This document shows positions 28,225-42,048 of a stretch of 64,000 nucleotides of DNA, piece after piece. The stretch lies in contig OZ024761.1 of NCBI GenBank assembly GCA_964016885.1, positions 29,760,001 through 29,824,000 on the forward strand, written 5' to 3'. Numbering within the stretch: position 1 is the stretch's first letter; each line of letters opens with the position of its first letter. The DNA is from Eledone cirrhosa (Eukaryota). Under the pieces are notes generated by a model, which had not been told where the DNA came from, did no database searches, and was given only the letters and a program-made list of their open reading frames with translations. Position numbers and translations under genes: made by a program.

Positions 28225-28520
28225 TCATCACTGTTTAACATCCATTTTTCCATGTTAGCTTAGGTTAGACGAGTTATCCTGTTGTGAGCCAAGCCAGATC
28301 AGTTGACTGTGTCTTGCTCATACAGAACTGATTTAGGCTTGGTTTCTACAGCTGGATGCCCTTCCTAATGCCAACCACATTTACAATGTGTTCTAGGTGC
28401 TTTTTGTCATGAAAATATATATATATATATTTCCCTCTCTCTCTCTCACGTCCTCTCTTCCTTGCAAAGAGTTTATGCTGAAATAGTTATAACATATATA
28501 TCTTTCTCTCTCTAATATGT

Positions 28521-28586
<66 letters not shown>

Positions 28587-28668
28587 TTTCTATGTTGGCT
28601 ATTAAGTTAGCTATGTGGGGACGTGCATGCGCACTTCTTGATGTGTGTCGTGATATATATATAGATCG

Positions 28669-29145
28669 GTGTGGAAGTCGGACCTTCATAAAGACCTGAA
28701 AATCCGCTTCTTCGTTGCTGTAGTGGAGTCTGTGCTGCTGTACGGGTCTGAGACTTGGACACTGACCAAGAAACTCACTCAGATGGTGGATGGGTGCTAC
28801 ACGAGAATGCTGAGAATGGCTCTGAACATTAATCAGTATAGACTGAGGATGAAAAACTCAGAGCTGTATGGGAGCCTCCCAAGAGTCATCTCAAAAGTGA
28901 CACAGAGGAGACTGAGGTTAGCTGGACATTCTCACTGACATCCAGAGTTGACATTGCATTGAGTGCTCCTGTGGGAGCCCCTACATGGACACACTGGAAG
29001 AGGAAGACCAAGGTTAACGTATGTTGATGCCCTAAGGACAGACACTGATCTGTTGGAGACGCGGGACATGGCAGTGATAATGAGGGACAGAGACCGCTGG
29101 AGAGAACTCGTCCATGGATCTCGGGAATTTTACCCGCCCTAGATA
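28669..29145 (+). mobile_element. RTE/RTE-X-like LINE 3' end
   Basis: VESVLLYGSETWTLTK...DGCYTRMLRMALN...RRLRLAGH. Confidence 0.85.
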
Positions 29146-30494
29146 GATATATATATACCCATGCTAGTGTGGAAGATGGACGATAAATGAAGATGATGAT
29201 GATGATTTCAGGCGGCGAATAGGTAGAGTTGTTAAGATATCAGATAGAATGCTTTACAGTATTTGTCCCACCTCATTGCGTGCTCTGAGTTCAAATCCTG
29301 CCGGAGTCAACTTTGCCTTTCATCCTTTCGAGGTTGATAAAAAAGTACCAGTCTAATACTGGGGTCGATTCTTCCTCTATAGAAAAAATCGGCTGTGTTC
29401 AAACCTGGAGAGGGTTGGCCTCCACCAGGTTTAAAATAGCCCTAGACAAGTCGTTTGACAGTGCTTCTATGACCCCACAAAGAATTATGGGATCTTTATC
29501 CTTATATATATATTTTCCCCTTTCTCCAACCCTCCTCTCTCCTTCTATATTCTTCTTCTTCATTTCACCGGACAGGTAATGGAAACATATATTTTGATGT
29601 CAGAGTCATATCTTTCCCAAATAACATTAAATATATTTAAATTGATATACGTTACAACATTCATAATTCAATATATATTTTCCTGATAATTTTAACATTT
29701 AATCTTTGATATTTATTTGATTAATATTGGGGATTTTTATAATTGTTATTGTTGTTTTAAATCATTATTAAAACTATAAACATAAATACTCAAATTAATT
29801 CTGAAATATCAAACATTTCATTTGTTTGTTGTTTTCTGATGTTATTTATTTTATTTCATTTTTGTGTTTGTTTTTTTGTTTGTTTGTTTGTTTTTTGCAT
29901 ACTGGAGATTTTCGTTTTTGAATTAATGAAAGCTTCTATACACACTGATTTGAAGTAAATATGTTTGGGGTGTGAATGAAATTTTTCCCTTTTGGTAATT
30001 TTTGGTTCTGGTTAAATGGTATCTAGTAATTAAAACCAAAATTAATTTATGAAAGGAAATGATAATTTATTTAATATGAATAAATAAACCGACAGAGCTG
30101 CTTTGGTTATGAATAAATCCAACTGTAAGAAATAAAAATGTACTTAAACAGTCAAACCATCAGTCCAATATCACCATTATCTGTTGAAATATCCTTTAAA
30201 TATCCACTGATCTCATTCTTGTCATTTAGTGTCACATCGTCCTCTCACCTATCAACAAAAACAAAATTAAAAATTGATTAATTAAAAATGAAAACAAATT
30301 AAATTTTTAAAAATCTAATTAATGCTTAAAAAGACTGTGGTCTATAGAGCAACTCTCACATCACCAGATAATATCCTGAGGAACTACAAAGGCATAACAG
30401 CCAATGGTTTTAATAGGAGATTCACTCAGCATATGTAATCTTTCAGGTGCAAGGACAGGGAAAAGTCTACTTTGCTGTCCAGCTTCCTCTAGAG

Positions 30495-31873
30495 CAAAAG
30501 TTCTCAACGGGGGGCATATGCACCCCCAGGGGGCGTTTGGGAGCAAGGTCGCGTTAGGGGGGGGGGGGTTGGAGCTGGGGGGGGGGTAAGGGGGGCGCTG
30601 GGTTTTTCCATTTTTTAGGATCTCAATTACCGGACATGCCTGCACACCTGCGGTCAGACTATAGTTATGCTGTCTGCAGCTGTGAGCAGGTGTGCAAGCA
30701 TGTCTGGTAACAGACGTTAACAGGTAATTGATATCCTAAAAATGGAAAAACCCACAGTCAACTGGGTCAAAGACACTTTGAGTGCAGACAGTTAGAATCT
30801 TGTCTGAAATTATTGACTCAACCGTAACGAGTTAACACTATGTAGATCTATTTTATTCCCTATTGTATAAATAATATTACAAATAAAAAAAAGAAAAGAA
30901 AAACACAGAAGCGAGTAGAACACACATCTAGGACCACATACAACACATAATCAGATAATACACACGTGTAGGACCACATACAACACATAATCAGGTAATA
31001 CACACATCTAGGACCACATACAACACATAATCAGGTAATACACACATCTAGGACCACATACAACACATAATCAGATAATACACACATCTAGGACCACATA
31101 CAACACATAATCAGGTAATACACACATCTAGGACCACATACAACACATAATCAGGTAATACACACATCTAGGACCACATACAACACATAATCAGGTAATA
31201 CACACATCTAGGACCACATACAACACATAATCAGGTAATACACACATCTAGGACCACATACAACACATAATCAGGTAATACACACATCTAGGACCACATA
31301 CAACACATAATCAGGTAATACACACATCTAGGACCACATACAACACATAATCAGGTAATACACACATCTAGGACCACATACAACACATAATCAGATAATA
31401 CACACATCTAGGACCACATACAACACATAATCAGGTAATACACACATCTAGGACCACATACAACACATAATCAGATAATACACACATCTAGGACCACATA
31501 CAACACATAATCAGGTAATACACACATCTAGGACCACATACAACACATAATCAGGTAATACACACATCTAGGACCACATACAACACATAATCAGGTAATA
31601 CACACATCTAGGACCACATACAACACATAATCAGGTAATACACACATCTAGGACCACATACAACACATAATCAGGTAATACACACATCTAGGACCACATA
31701 CAACACATAATCAGATAATACACACATGTTTGGAATATTGTTAATCAATTTTTTAGTAATCTACTGATATAAAAATTAGTAGTATATTGAAAAAGTGAAA
31801 CAATGTGGTGGGGCGTTTCGTGATTTCGAGGGACAAAAGGGGGCGTTTGGCCTAAATGGGTTGAGAACCTGTG
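30495..31873. mobile_element. hAT (Charlie-like) non-autonomous element carrying a 40-bp tandem array
   Basis: Imperfect TIRs CAaaaGTTCTCAAC/GTTGAGAACctgTG; 8-bp TSD CTCTAGAG at 30487-94 and 31874-81; internal foldback at about 30600-30755. Confidence 0.85.
30921..31726. repeat. 40-bp minisatellite, about 20 copies
   Basis: Unit cacacatctaggaccacatacaacacataatcag(g/a)taata, nearly invariant. Confidence 0.97.
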
Positions 31874-32099
31874 CTCTAGAGGCTTTGGGATGAAGGAAAT
31901 AAAATTCCCACCACCATATACAGCATCCTTGCTCAAGAACACAACTTGTCACCTGGGCCAGGAACAAAACACACAACGTAAAGAAAGTGAGTCCAACACA
32001 TTAACCACTAGGCCATGTGCCTTCACACTTACACACATGCACACACACACACACACACACACATACATATATATATATATGATATAAGCAAGTGTAGCA

Positions 32100-32134
32100 C
32101 CAACAAAAATATAGAGATTGGCAAGATGAAATGT

Positions 32135-32171
<37 letters not shown>

Positions 32172-32470
32172 CATACATATATACACACACACATATATAT
32201 ATACATACACATGTATAAACACACACACACATATATATACATACATTCATGCACACACATATATACATACATTCATGCACACACGTATATACATACATTC
32301 ATACATACACACACACATATATATGTATACATACATTCATACATACTCACACACACACATATATATGTATACATACATTCATACATACACACATACATAT
32401 ATATATATATGTATACATACATTCATACATACACACACACACATATATATATATGTATACATACATTCAT

Positions 32471-32513
<43 letters not shown>

Positions 32514-33429
32514 CATACATTCATACATACACACACACACACATATATATATACATACATTCATACATACACACACACACATATATGTATACATACATTC
32601 ATACACACACACACACATATATATATGTATACATACATTCATACATACACACACATATATATATATATATACATACATTCATACATACACACACACACAT
32701 ATATATATATATGTATACATACATTCATACATATACACACACACATATATATATATATACATGGTGGCTGCCAACTCGTTTTCGAGTACGGCCACTACTT
32801 TATATCCATGTAGGAGAACCCCTACCGATGCGCTGAACGAGTGTGACTTTTTAGTCCAGTCAGCGACTTGAAAACTCTGGTACAAACACTACACTTGTGA
32901 CAATTATTGACACATAGTGCTGGGCCCATGGTACCATGTGACGGCAAGTGCAGAGAGATCTCCAGATATAAAGCAATGCCTGTGCCGTGAAGCTTTTATA
33001 GTGAGCAAAGGCACTGCACAAAGCCAGTCCCACTCTCTTAACCAAGATGATATTTACCAAAAAGAAGAACAAGTCAACATCATTGGATACCATCAGGGTT
33101 GCAGGTGTTATATCAGAGTTTTCCTTCTCCTAGAATTCTGCCTTGACAAAGGCTAAGGGGTCATCTCTCCCAGTGATTTTGGATGGCCATTGACTCTTAA
33201 GAGCTCCTTTGCCCTTTGACAGGTTTTGTTTTTAGTCCTGCAGGATGTCCAAAGTCACCCTCCTCACCAAGAAACCTTAGTGGGGTTGCCAGTTTAGTCG
33301 CCAACGACCCGACCATGAGACAGGTTGTACTGGGATACATGTTACCAGTAGCACCAAGTGGTGACCTGACATATATATACATACATTCATACATACACAC
33401 ACACACACATATATATGTATACATACATT

Positions 33430-33490
<61 letters not shown>

Positions 33491-33795
33491 TTTTGATGGG
33501 TTGTGATGCACCTGGGCACTGTGCACAATATTTCATTATTGTTATTGTTATTATATCATGACTCATACATTGTTCACTTTCCTGACATTTGTACATTATT
33601 CTATGTACTATACATGCACCTTTGATGAGTTGTAGTGCACCTGAGCACTGTACACAATAATTTCATTATTATTATTATTATTATTATATACATACATTCA
33701 TACATACACACACACACACACACACATATATATGTATACATACATTCATACATACTCACACACACACATATATATGTATACATACATTCATACAT

Positions 33796-33830
<35 letters not shown>

Positions 33831-33947
33831 CATACATTCATACATACACACACACACATATATGTATACATACATTCATACACACACACACACATATATA
33901 TATGTATACATACATTCATACATACATATATATATACATACATTCAT

Positions 33948-33992
<45 letters not shown>

Positions 33993-34123
33993 CATACATT
34001 CATACATACACACACACACATATATGTATACATACATTCATACACACACACACACATATATATATGTATACATACATTCATACATACACACATATATATA
34101 TATATATACATACATTCATACAT

Positions 34124-34156
<33 letters not shown>

Positions 34157-34259
34157 CATACATTCATACATACACACACACACACACATATATATATGTA
34201 TACATACATTCATACATACACACATATATATATATATATATATACATACATTCAAACAT

Positions 34260-34292
<33 letters not shown>

Positions 34293-34300
34293 CATACATT

Positions 34301-34339
<39 letters not shown>

Positions 34340-34441
34340 GTATACATACATTCATACATACACACATATATATATGTGTATACATACATTCATACATACA
34401 CACATATATATATATATATATATATACATACATTCATACAT

Positions 34442-34474
<33 letters not shown>

Positions 34475-34524
34475 CATACATTCATACATACACACACACA
34501 CACATATATATATATACATACATT

Positions 34525-34576
<52 letters not shown>

Positions 34577-34584
34577 CATACATT

Positions 34585-34636
<52 letters not shown>

Positions 34637-34640
34637 CGTT
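32100..34640. repeat. Compound microsatellite array (TACATACATTCA-(CA)n-(TA)n units) interrupted by LINE fragments
   Basis: Recurring catacattcatacatac unit. Confidence 0.95.
32760..33370 (-). mobile_element. Probable RTE LINE 5' UTR fragment
   Basis: Minus-strand motif ttagcctttgtcaaggcagaattctaggagaaggaaaactctg resembles RTE 5' regions; a related piece lies at about 3400-3500; embedded in a compound microsatellite. Confidence 0.5.
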
Positions 34641-36340
34641 TTTAGACTAGTAATCTTACTGAAATCAATGTGAAACTTGATATTGTGGATTTAAAGCAAC
34701 TTTGATGTAATCATGTACATAACTCCTCATAACTAACCCCAGCCAGTTATTGATATGGTTGCCAGTCACTTCTTCACCTCCTCCTTCTCCTCATCATCAT
34801 CACCATTTTATGTCTTTCTTCCCTGCTTACATGGCTTAGATGGGCTGTCACTATCTGAGGCTAGACAGGCAGGTCAAATAACCATGTCTTGCACATAACT
34901 TCCCAATTCCAACAACTTCATGACATGTACCAGGTTTTCAAGTGGTACCTCCCTCAGTACCTCATAGTGTGAGTTTGGTGCTTTTTTTTTTTTTTTTTTT
35001 TCATGGCACCAACACTACCACTTTACAGAGTGGGTTGGATGCATTTTATCACAACACCAACACTTCCACCTTACAATGTGGACTGAGTACTGAGTGCATT
35101 TTATTGTGGTAACAATGCTCCCATATTTCAACACTAGCACGCATATGTCCTTGGCTGAGCTAAGAAGGGTGGCAGTTCCTGTTACTAGGAGGTGTCAGCG
35201 TCTTGTAATGTAATTTTCAATTCATTTAGCTTTGTTATAATATCTGTTAAAAAAAAATCAGCTATTTTTTGAAGCCACTCCATGTTTTCAAGAAAGGTTA
35301 AGAAAAAAAGGTATATATGTACCCATATAAAATATGTTTATGTATAATAAATGAGTTAGATGACATTAGGGGATTCCCCAGCACTTGCTCATAAGAAACT
35401 TAGTGAAAATTAAAAGTACATGAATTTAAGCCTATACATAAAACAATGGTGACATTCTAACATCGATCTACACCAGCTTCAAAATTAAGGTGACACCCAA
35501 TGTCAGGGTTGAATGGAAACAACTAGGGGTCATGAGCTAGAGAACATCTGAAGCCCCCAGCACCTACTTACATTAAAAGTATATGAATTTAAGTCTATAC
35601 ACAGAATGATGCTGACATTCCAAGCTGGTGTAGCATCTGCTGTAATAGATACAATTTGTTTTTTTATTGGCAAATTTTCCGATGTTACAAAGCTTGTAAA
35701 AACCATTATATTCTCCTGTTGTTTTATTTGTCTTTCATAGGAGTAATGTTAAGAATTTTTTCCTTCATTAGTGGAATCACCAAAAATGTGAAAATGTGCT
35801 TATTAATTATTATTTATGTTTAATTATAGCTAATTAATCACATCACATGCATCAGTTGCTTTATCAAACTGAAGTGACTACCAAGCACATTTAAAAGTCA
35901 TTTTTTTTCGTGAGCAATATAGATCATTTGTCATGTTTTCAACCCCACTTCTCACAGTTTGTCTTGGTGTCCTGAAGTCCTTAATTATCTTCCTAATTTC
36001 TGTGAAAGAGGTGGAGATAGCTGTTCACAACAACAAGCCCAGCATAGTGGATTGGCTCAACATATCCTGGCATCAAGAGATCCTTTAACTATCTCCCTGA
36101 TTACTGTGATTGGAGATAGCTGTTCACAACAACAAGCCCAGCATGGTGGATTGCCTCAAGCCATCTTGGCATCTTAACTCCCTCCCTAACTATTGTGATT
36201 GAGATGGAAATGGCCATTTGCAAGAAGGAGTCCCCCAACGGGAACTGGCTTCTTCGTCACATATCCCTTGCCATTGTTCAACGTAATTCATTCCTCACTC
36301 TCTCTACCAGGACTGTGAAGCAACAACAAACTTAAACATG

Positions 36341-36860
36341 ATTAACCCTTTCGTTACCATATTTCTAATGAAAGACACTGCCTATGTCATTAACCCTTTC
36401 GTTACCATATTTCTAATGAAAGACACTACCTATGTTATTAACCCTTTCGTTACCATATTTCTAATGAAAGACACTACCTATGTCATTAACCCTTTCATTA
36501 CCATATTTCTAATGAAAGACAATGTCTATGCCATTAACCCTTTCGTTACCATATTTTGAATGAAAGACACTGTCTATGTCATTAACCCTTTCATTACCAT
36601 ATTTCTAATGAAAGACACTGTCTATGACATTAACCCTTTCGTTACCATATTTTTAATGAAAGACACTGTCTATGTCATTAACCCTTTCATTACCATATTT
36701 CTAATGAAAGACACTGCCTATGTCATTAACCCTTTCATTACCATATTTCTAATGAAAGACACTATCTATGTTATTAACCCTTTCATTACCATATTTCTAA
36801 TGAAAGATACTGTCTATGTTATTAACCCTTTCATTATCATATTTCTAATAAAAGACACTT
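36341..36860. repeat. 48-bp minisatellite, about 11 copies, beginning TTAACCCTTT
   Basis: Unit attaaccctttcattaccatatttctaatgaaagacactgtctatgtc. Confidence 0.95.
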
Positions 36861-36864
36861 CCCA

Positions 36865-37385
36865 AGATCTTGAATTAATTTTAATGACAAAGAAAGGTTT
36901 CTCCCTGCGCACGAAAGGCCGGTTATATGATGCCTGTGTGAGATGCGCGATGCTGCATGGTATTGAGACATGGACAGCAACTGTGGAGGATATGCGATGG
37001 CTGGAGAGAAATGAAGCAAGCATGTTCCGTTGGATGTGCAATGTCAATGTGCGTGAACAACCAAGCATAGATGAGTTGAGAGAGAAACTGTGTATAAGAG
37101 GGATAAGTTGTAGTGTGCGGGAGAGAAGACTGTGATGGTATGGACATGTGATGTGCATGGAGGACGACCGCTGGGTAAAGAAGTGCCAAGAAATCCCAGT
37201 AGAAGGAAGACGCAGTAGAGGTAGACCACAAAAAAACATGGGTGGAGATGGTGAGAGCAGACCTCAGATCGCTGAAGCTCACGGAGGAGATGATGAAGGA
37301 CCGTGACAAGTGGAGAGATGCTGTGCTGGATAGGACCCGTCCCACCCTTGCAAGCAGGGAAAAGCAGATGTAAGATGATGATGAT
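36865..37385 (+). mobile_element. RTE LINE 3' end
   Basis: KGFSLRTKGRLYDACVRCAMLHGIETW...; ends cccacccttgcaagcagggaaaagcagatgtaa(gat)n. Confidence 0.9.
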
Positions 37386-38381
37386 GAAGAGGAGGATTTG
37401 AAAATAATCAATAATTTAAAGGGAATTAGTTATATAACTTTCTAGCAATTCATCTTGTGCTTGGAACGTAGTTTACAAATGTACTTATTTAAAATTATGA
37501 TGAAAGATGTTTAGATAAAACCAGAGGTGGCATTAAAGGGGTTAAGTAAATGTTAAAAAAGGGTTAATTAATGTTAGCCATGATAACGATATACTTGAAG
37601 TAGCATCAATAATTTGTGGTGGAACGTTGACATAAAATTATGATGATAACAATGTTATTCAACCTTGTTTTCTAATTTAGAAAAAATGGTCACCTGACCT
37701 AACATTGGACAACTCGTTTAACCCACACCAGCATGGAAAAATGGACATAAAACAATGATGATGATATATATATATACATATATATATATATGTGCATACA
37801 CACACACATATATATATATACATATATGTGTGTGTATATACATATATATAAGATGCAGGCCTCCGGTTCAACTGAGAGGTCAGTAACTCCACTTGAATAC
37901 TGACTCAGTCTGTGACAATCCATCCAACCCTTACTAGCAGGGAAAGCAGATGTTAGATAATTGTTTCTACTTTTTGGCACAAGGCCAGCAATTATCCAGT
38001 GTATTACTGGTACTTTATTTTATCGACCCCGTAAGGATGAAAGGCAAAGTCAACCTCGGCGGGATGATGATTAATAGGATATGACAAGCTTCTGCATTTT
38101 CTATCTACCAAATTCCATGTCCACAACATTGGTCAATGCAAGGTTAGATTAGAAGGCACTTAGTCAAGGTGCCATGTAGCTGGACTCCACCAAGAACACT
38201 TGTAGTTTGCAAAGTAATATCCTTAATCACACAGCCACGACTACACCGGCATAGTTATTTTATGTCAACTTGTATGCTTATCTTTACCACACAGCCTACA
38301 CCTGTATAGTTATATTACATCAATATATACCTACCTTAACCACACAGCCATCTCTCTCTGCACATATATATTTATATTACA

Positions 38382-39074
38382 TCAACATCTATACTTACCC
38401 TTACTACAGCATCTGTAGAGTTTAGCCAGTCTACCAACTGGCTTTGGTTGTTTCTCATCTTTTTTAGCATCGGGTATATTTTGAATTTCGTCTAGAATAT
38501 GTTTCTCGATTCTTTGTTTTGAACATACAAAAACCACTGGCCGGTATAGCTCAAGTTTTGTATCCTTCGGTGGGTCCTTTTGGAAATGGCTAGTGTACTC
38601 AAATGGTGCATTTTGTACAAGTATCTTAGGTGGCCTGGGAATATTTAATGTCACTAATTCGAATTGATCTGGTCTCTGACGAAAAAGAGGCTCTTTTAAA
38701 ACAGGCCCAACCACAAGAACTGAAGTTTTTACATGTGGGATTTCAACCTTGCTTTCTTTCTGTGTCAACAAATGACTAGTCCTTGCTGTGGCCTGTAATA
38801 TAATACTTGTTTTTTTCTGTCTTTTAGCTTTCTTCTTAGCTACTGAGATTATTTTTTCCTTGTTTGATTCAGCTGGCATTTGTTGAATCAACTTTTTAAT
38901 GGTGATTATTTCTTCTTTTAGAACACTCGCTGGTAATTCATCTGGAGAATGTTTTGTAAAAATATAAGTTACCATCTGCTCTGCTTTAAGGTTCCTCTCT
39001 GCTGGTCGATTCTGTTGGTACCACATATTCTTGCCCTCATCAAGTGTTACCGTATCTTTGTATTTATTATCCAT
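38382..39074 (-). CDS. Nested antisense ORF, 230 aa, Lys/Glu/Pro-rich, no recognisable domain
   Basis: 693-bp open frame in non-repetitive AT-rich DNA, ATG start, no TE motifs. A consensus donor AAGG|GTAAGT near its end (intron would start at 38398) suggests it is an exon. Confidence 0.65.
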   Translation of the reverse strand: MDNKYKDTVTLDEGKNMWYQQNRPAERNLKAEQMVTYIFTKHSPDELPASVLKEEIITIKKLIQQMPAESNKEKIISVAKKKAKRQKKTSIILQATARTSHLLTQKESKVEIPHVKTSVLVVGPVLKEPLFRQRPDQFELVTLNIPRPPKILVQNAPFEYTSHFQKDPPKDTKLELYRPVVFVCSKQRIEKHILDEIQNIPDAKKDEKQPKPVGRLAKLYRCCSKGKYRC

Positions 39075-39589
39075 ATTGCTATTACATAAAGAAACACTAT
39101 TCTTTCTTTATAATTCCAAAAATATGAATTTGTTATTACAGTATAAAATAAATATGAATATCACTTGAGGTTCATTGAACTAATTATTTATGATGTCATA
39201 ATGTCGTTTTTATTCTTATTTTACCAAACTTTTCTCCATTCTATAATAGTTAATCGTTAATTGTGGATTGGCAGTAATGGTAGTGGGTCGGATGCCATGC
39301 TTTGCAGTATAGAGTTATGGCCCTTTATGGTCTGAGTTCAAATCCCACCAAAGTTAACTTTGCCTTTCATCCTTACAGGGTCGATAAAATAAAGTACCAG
39401 TAATGCACTGGGGTAATTGCTGGCCTTGTGCCAAAAGTAGAAACAATTATTCATGTTTATATTGTCATTCCATAAGAATTATATACATATAAAATATAAA
39501 TAAATGTCAAGTTGTGTTTTAACAAACCACACGTATAAATGGTTGAGTATGTGTGTAATCCAAACGAGTATCTTCCACCTACAACTAAC

Positions 39590-39770
39590 TTACCCTCCGC
39601 CTCCGCCTCTCAGTCCTGGCTGACAAGATGGTGATTACACTACTCCGGAGGAGAGGATGGTGAGGGTGACACGCTGGAACAGCCACTCCACCTCGCGGGG
39701 CTCACGCCTGTAGGCAGCCATCTCTGCTCCGATAGCAGTGAGCAAGGGGGCAAAGAACACCGTCAAATAT
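39590..39770 (-). mobile_element. CRE-like LINE C-terminal fragment
   Basis: Minus-strand translation REPREVEWLFQRVTLTIL. Confidence 0.55.
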
Positions 39771-41099
39771 TTCTCTGTATTCCATTTCACTCTTCTCTTT
39801 TTTTGCTTGTTTCATTCGTTAGACTGTGACCATGCTGGGGCACTGCCTTGAATGGATTCAGTCAAACATACATATCTTCAACAGTACTTATTAAAATATT
39901 TGGGGGCTTTTTTCAAGACTTTTACTTATTTTATCAATCTCTTTTTGTTGTACTGCTCAGTTACATATCATAAATAAATAAATAGTAAACGTAAATACAG
40001 ATCTGTGGACACACGCACATACAGTCCATCCCTTTCCATGTCTGAACACAGCCAATTTCTTCCAGGGAGGGAGAGAAGGCATATAAGAAAGTGATATTGA
40101 GGAAGAATTTACTCCAGTTTTCAATTGGTACTTTATTTTATTGACCTGGAATGGAAGCATTGGTGTGGGGAGACGCAAGAAGACCTGGAATGAGGTGATA
40201 AAAACTGACCTTGCCCAATTGCACCTCTTAAAGGCGATGACACAGGACCTAAACCTCTGGCGTTACACAGTAATACAGAAGACCCAAGTTCCCACGGGTA
40301 CAAGCCAAAGCTGAAGCATATAGACAATATGCCCCCACGCCCCTCCCACTGTAAAGTGGTCACGTAGGTGTCATGACATAAAACACCCAGTCTACACTGT
40401 AAACTGGTTGTGTAGGCGCCATGGTACTCACTGTAAATGAGGCTGGTGTTAGGAAGGGCATCCAGCAGTAGAAACCAAGCCAAAATTAGTCCTGTGTGAG
40501 CAAGACACGGTCACCTGACCTGGACCTGGAATTGCCCACAATGATGAAAGGCAAAGTTGACCTCTGTGGGATTTGAACTCCAGAACAAATACCTCAGTGA
40601 CCTTCCATCTGATGTTCTCACGACCAGCAGTTCACCAACATTCACATGTTTACACACCCACTTACTGAAATTTATTAATGAGAGAGGGGAAAAAAAGTAT
40701 TCCTTGCTGTCTTCTCCATTAAATAGGGTGGAGAGAGAAGGTAAGTAAGAAAGAGATATAGTGAAAGAATTTACCCCAGTATTGGACTGGTACTTTATTT
40801 TATCGACCATGAAAGGATGAAAAACAAATTTAACCATGGTGGAATTTGAACTCAGATCAGTGAGAGCTGGAACAGATGCAGCAAAGCATTCTATCCAACA
40901 TTCTAACAACTCAGCCGATTCGGTGCCTCATATATATATATATCATCATTATCATCATCTTTATGTCTGCTTTTCCACAAGTGTGTGTGTATTTTCTTTT
41001 CCTACTCTATCAAGTGTAAAACTAATATATTTCTTCATTGTACTGTGTTATTTGCTTTGTTATTTCTGTTTGCTTTTTGCATATATAAGTATATATGTA

Positions 41100-41966
41100 C
41101 AGGGTGTGAAGGATATTTGTGCGCAATTTTCAACTGCTAATTTTATGCAAATTTTTTTTACTTCCGTTGTCACTCTTGTCTTCATAAAAACAGTGACTAT
41201 ATTTCCATTATTTATTTTCAGAATAATTAATTATGAATAATTCTGAAGCTCCAAATTTGTGGAAGAGACACAGTGTTCTTTTTGGAATCTGCGCCGGGAG
41301 GGCAAATAAGACCAGAAGATCAACTCCCAGAACAGGTGGCTCACTGTCTCATCCAAAGACGTGCCCAGAGTCATGCAGACAAAGTTTCCAGCGACAACAT
41401 TGGTCTTAGGTGTTGTCAGCAGTCAAGGTGACGTCATGCCACCTCACTTCTTCCCTGAGGGCCTCAAGCTGAACACCGATGGCTACATCCGCGTTCTGAG
41501 CGAGGTAGTAAAGCCCTGGATCAACCAGGTAGCTACAGGTAGGCAGCGCCCTGCCATACCAGCCGAAAGACCCAAGCCTGGCTGTCAGAGAACTTCGTCG
41601 ACCCCACTTCACCTGACATCTGGCCTTCCAGCTCACCTGACTGCAACCCCCTCAACTTCTTTGTGTGGGGTGCAGTGGAATGAGACACCAACAGATCTAG
41701 CTGCAAAACGAAAGACGATCTGAAGGCCAGGATCACAAGTGCCTTTAGGGGCCTAAGTCGGGGCACAGTGACGAAGGCCTGTAGTCGGTTCCGAGGCCGC
41801 CTTGAGGCTGTCATCAAAGCCAATGGCGGGTTTATCGAGTGAGATCGAAAGAACAAGTCATGAAGACAAACTGACCCAAGTTTGATAAATATATCTTAAA
41901 AAATAAAACTACTGTATTATTTTCTCCTTGACAGTAATCTTGCGAACAAATATCGTCCACACCCTG
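41100..41966 (+). mobile_element. Internally deleted Tc1/mariner element (maT/DD37D-like)
   Basis: TIRs CAGGGTGTGaAgGATATTTGTgCGCAA/TTGCGaACAAATATCgTcCACACCCTG after TA; frameshifted transposase pieces VMQTKFPA..VLGVVSSQGDVMPPHFF and WPSSSPDCNPLNF. Confidence 0.85.
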
Positions 41967-42000
41967 TTTATATATGTATATATATATGTATATATATCTA

Positions 42001-42048
<48 letters not shown>

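Noticed and set aside
30921-31726. CRISPR-like regular array
   Set aside because: Units are contiguous and nearly identical with no unique spacers; eukaryotic context and no cas genes.
33590-33680. ttgatgag...hairpin resembling a hammerhead (also at about 15900, 17420, 47120, 57790)
   Set aside because: No GAAA/NTH partner; it is the CR1 3' UTR stem-loop with a (TTA)n tail.
32131-34673. Long YIHT-type ORFs (also 17833-18510, 24629-24933, 42331-42788)
   Set aside because: Translations of (TA)n/(CA)n microsatellites.
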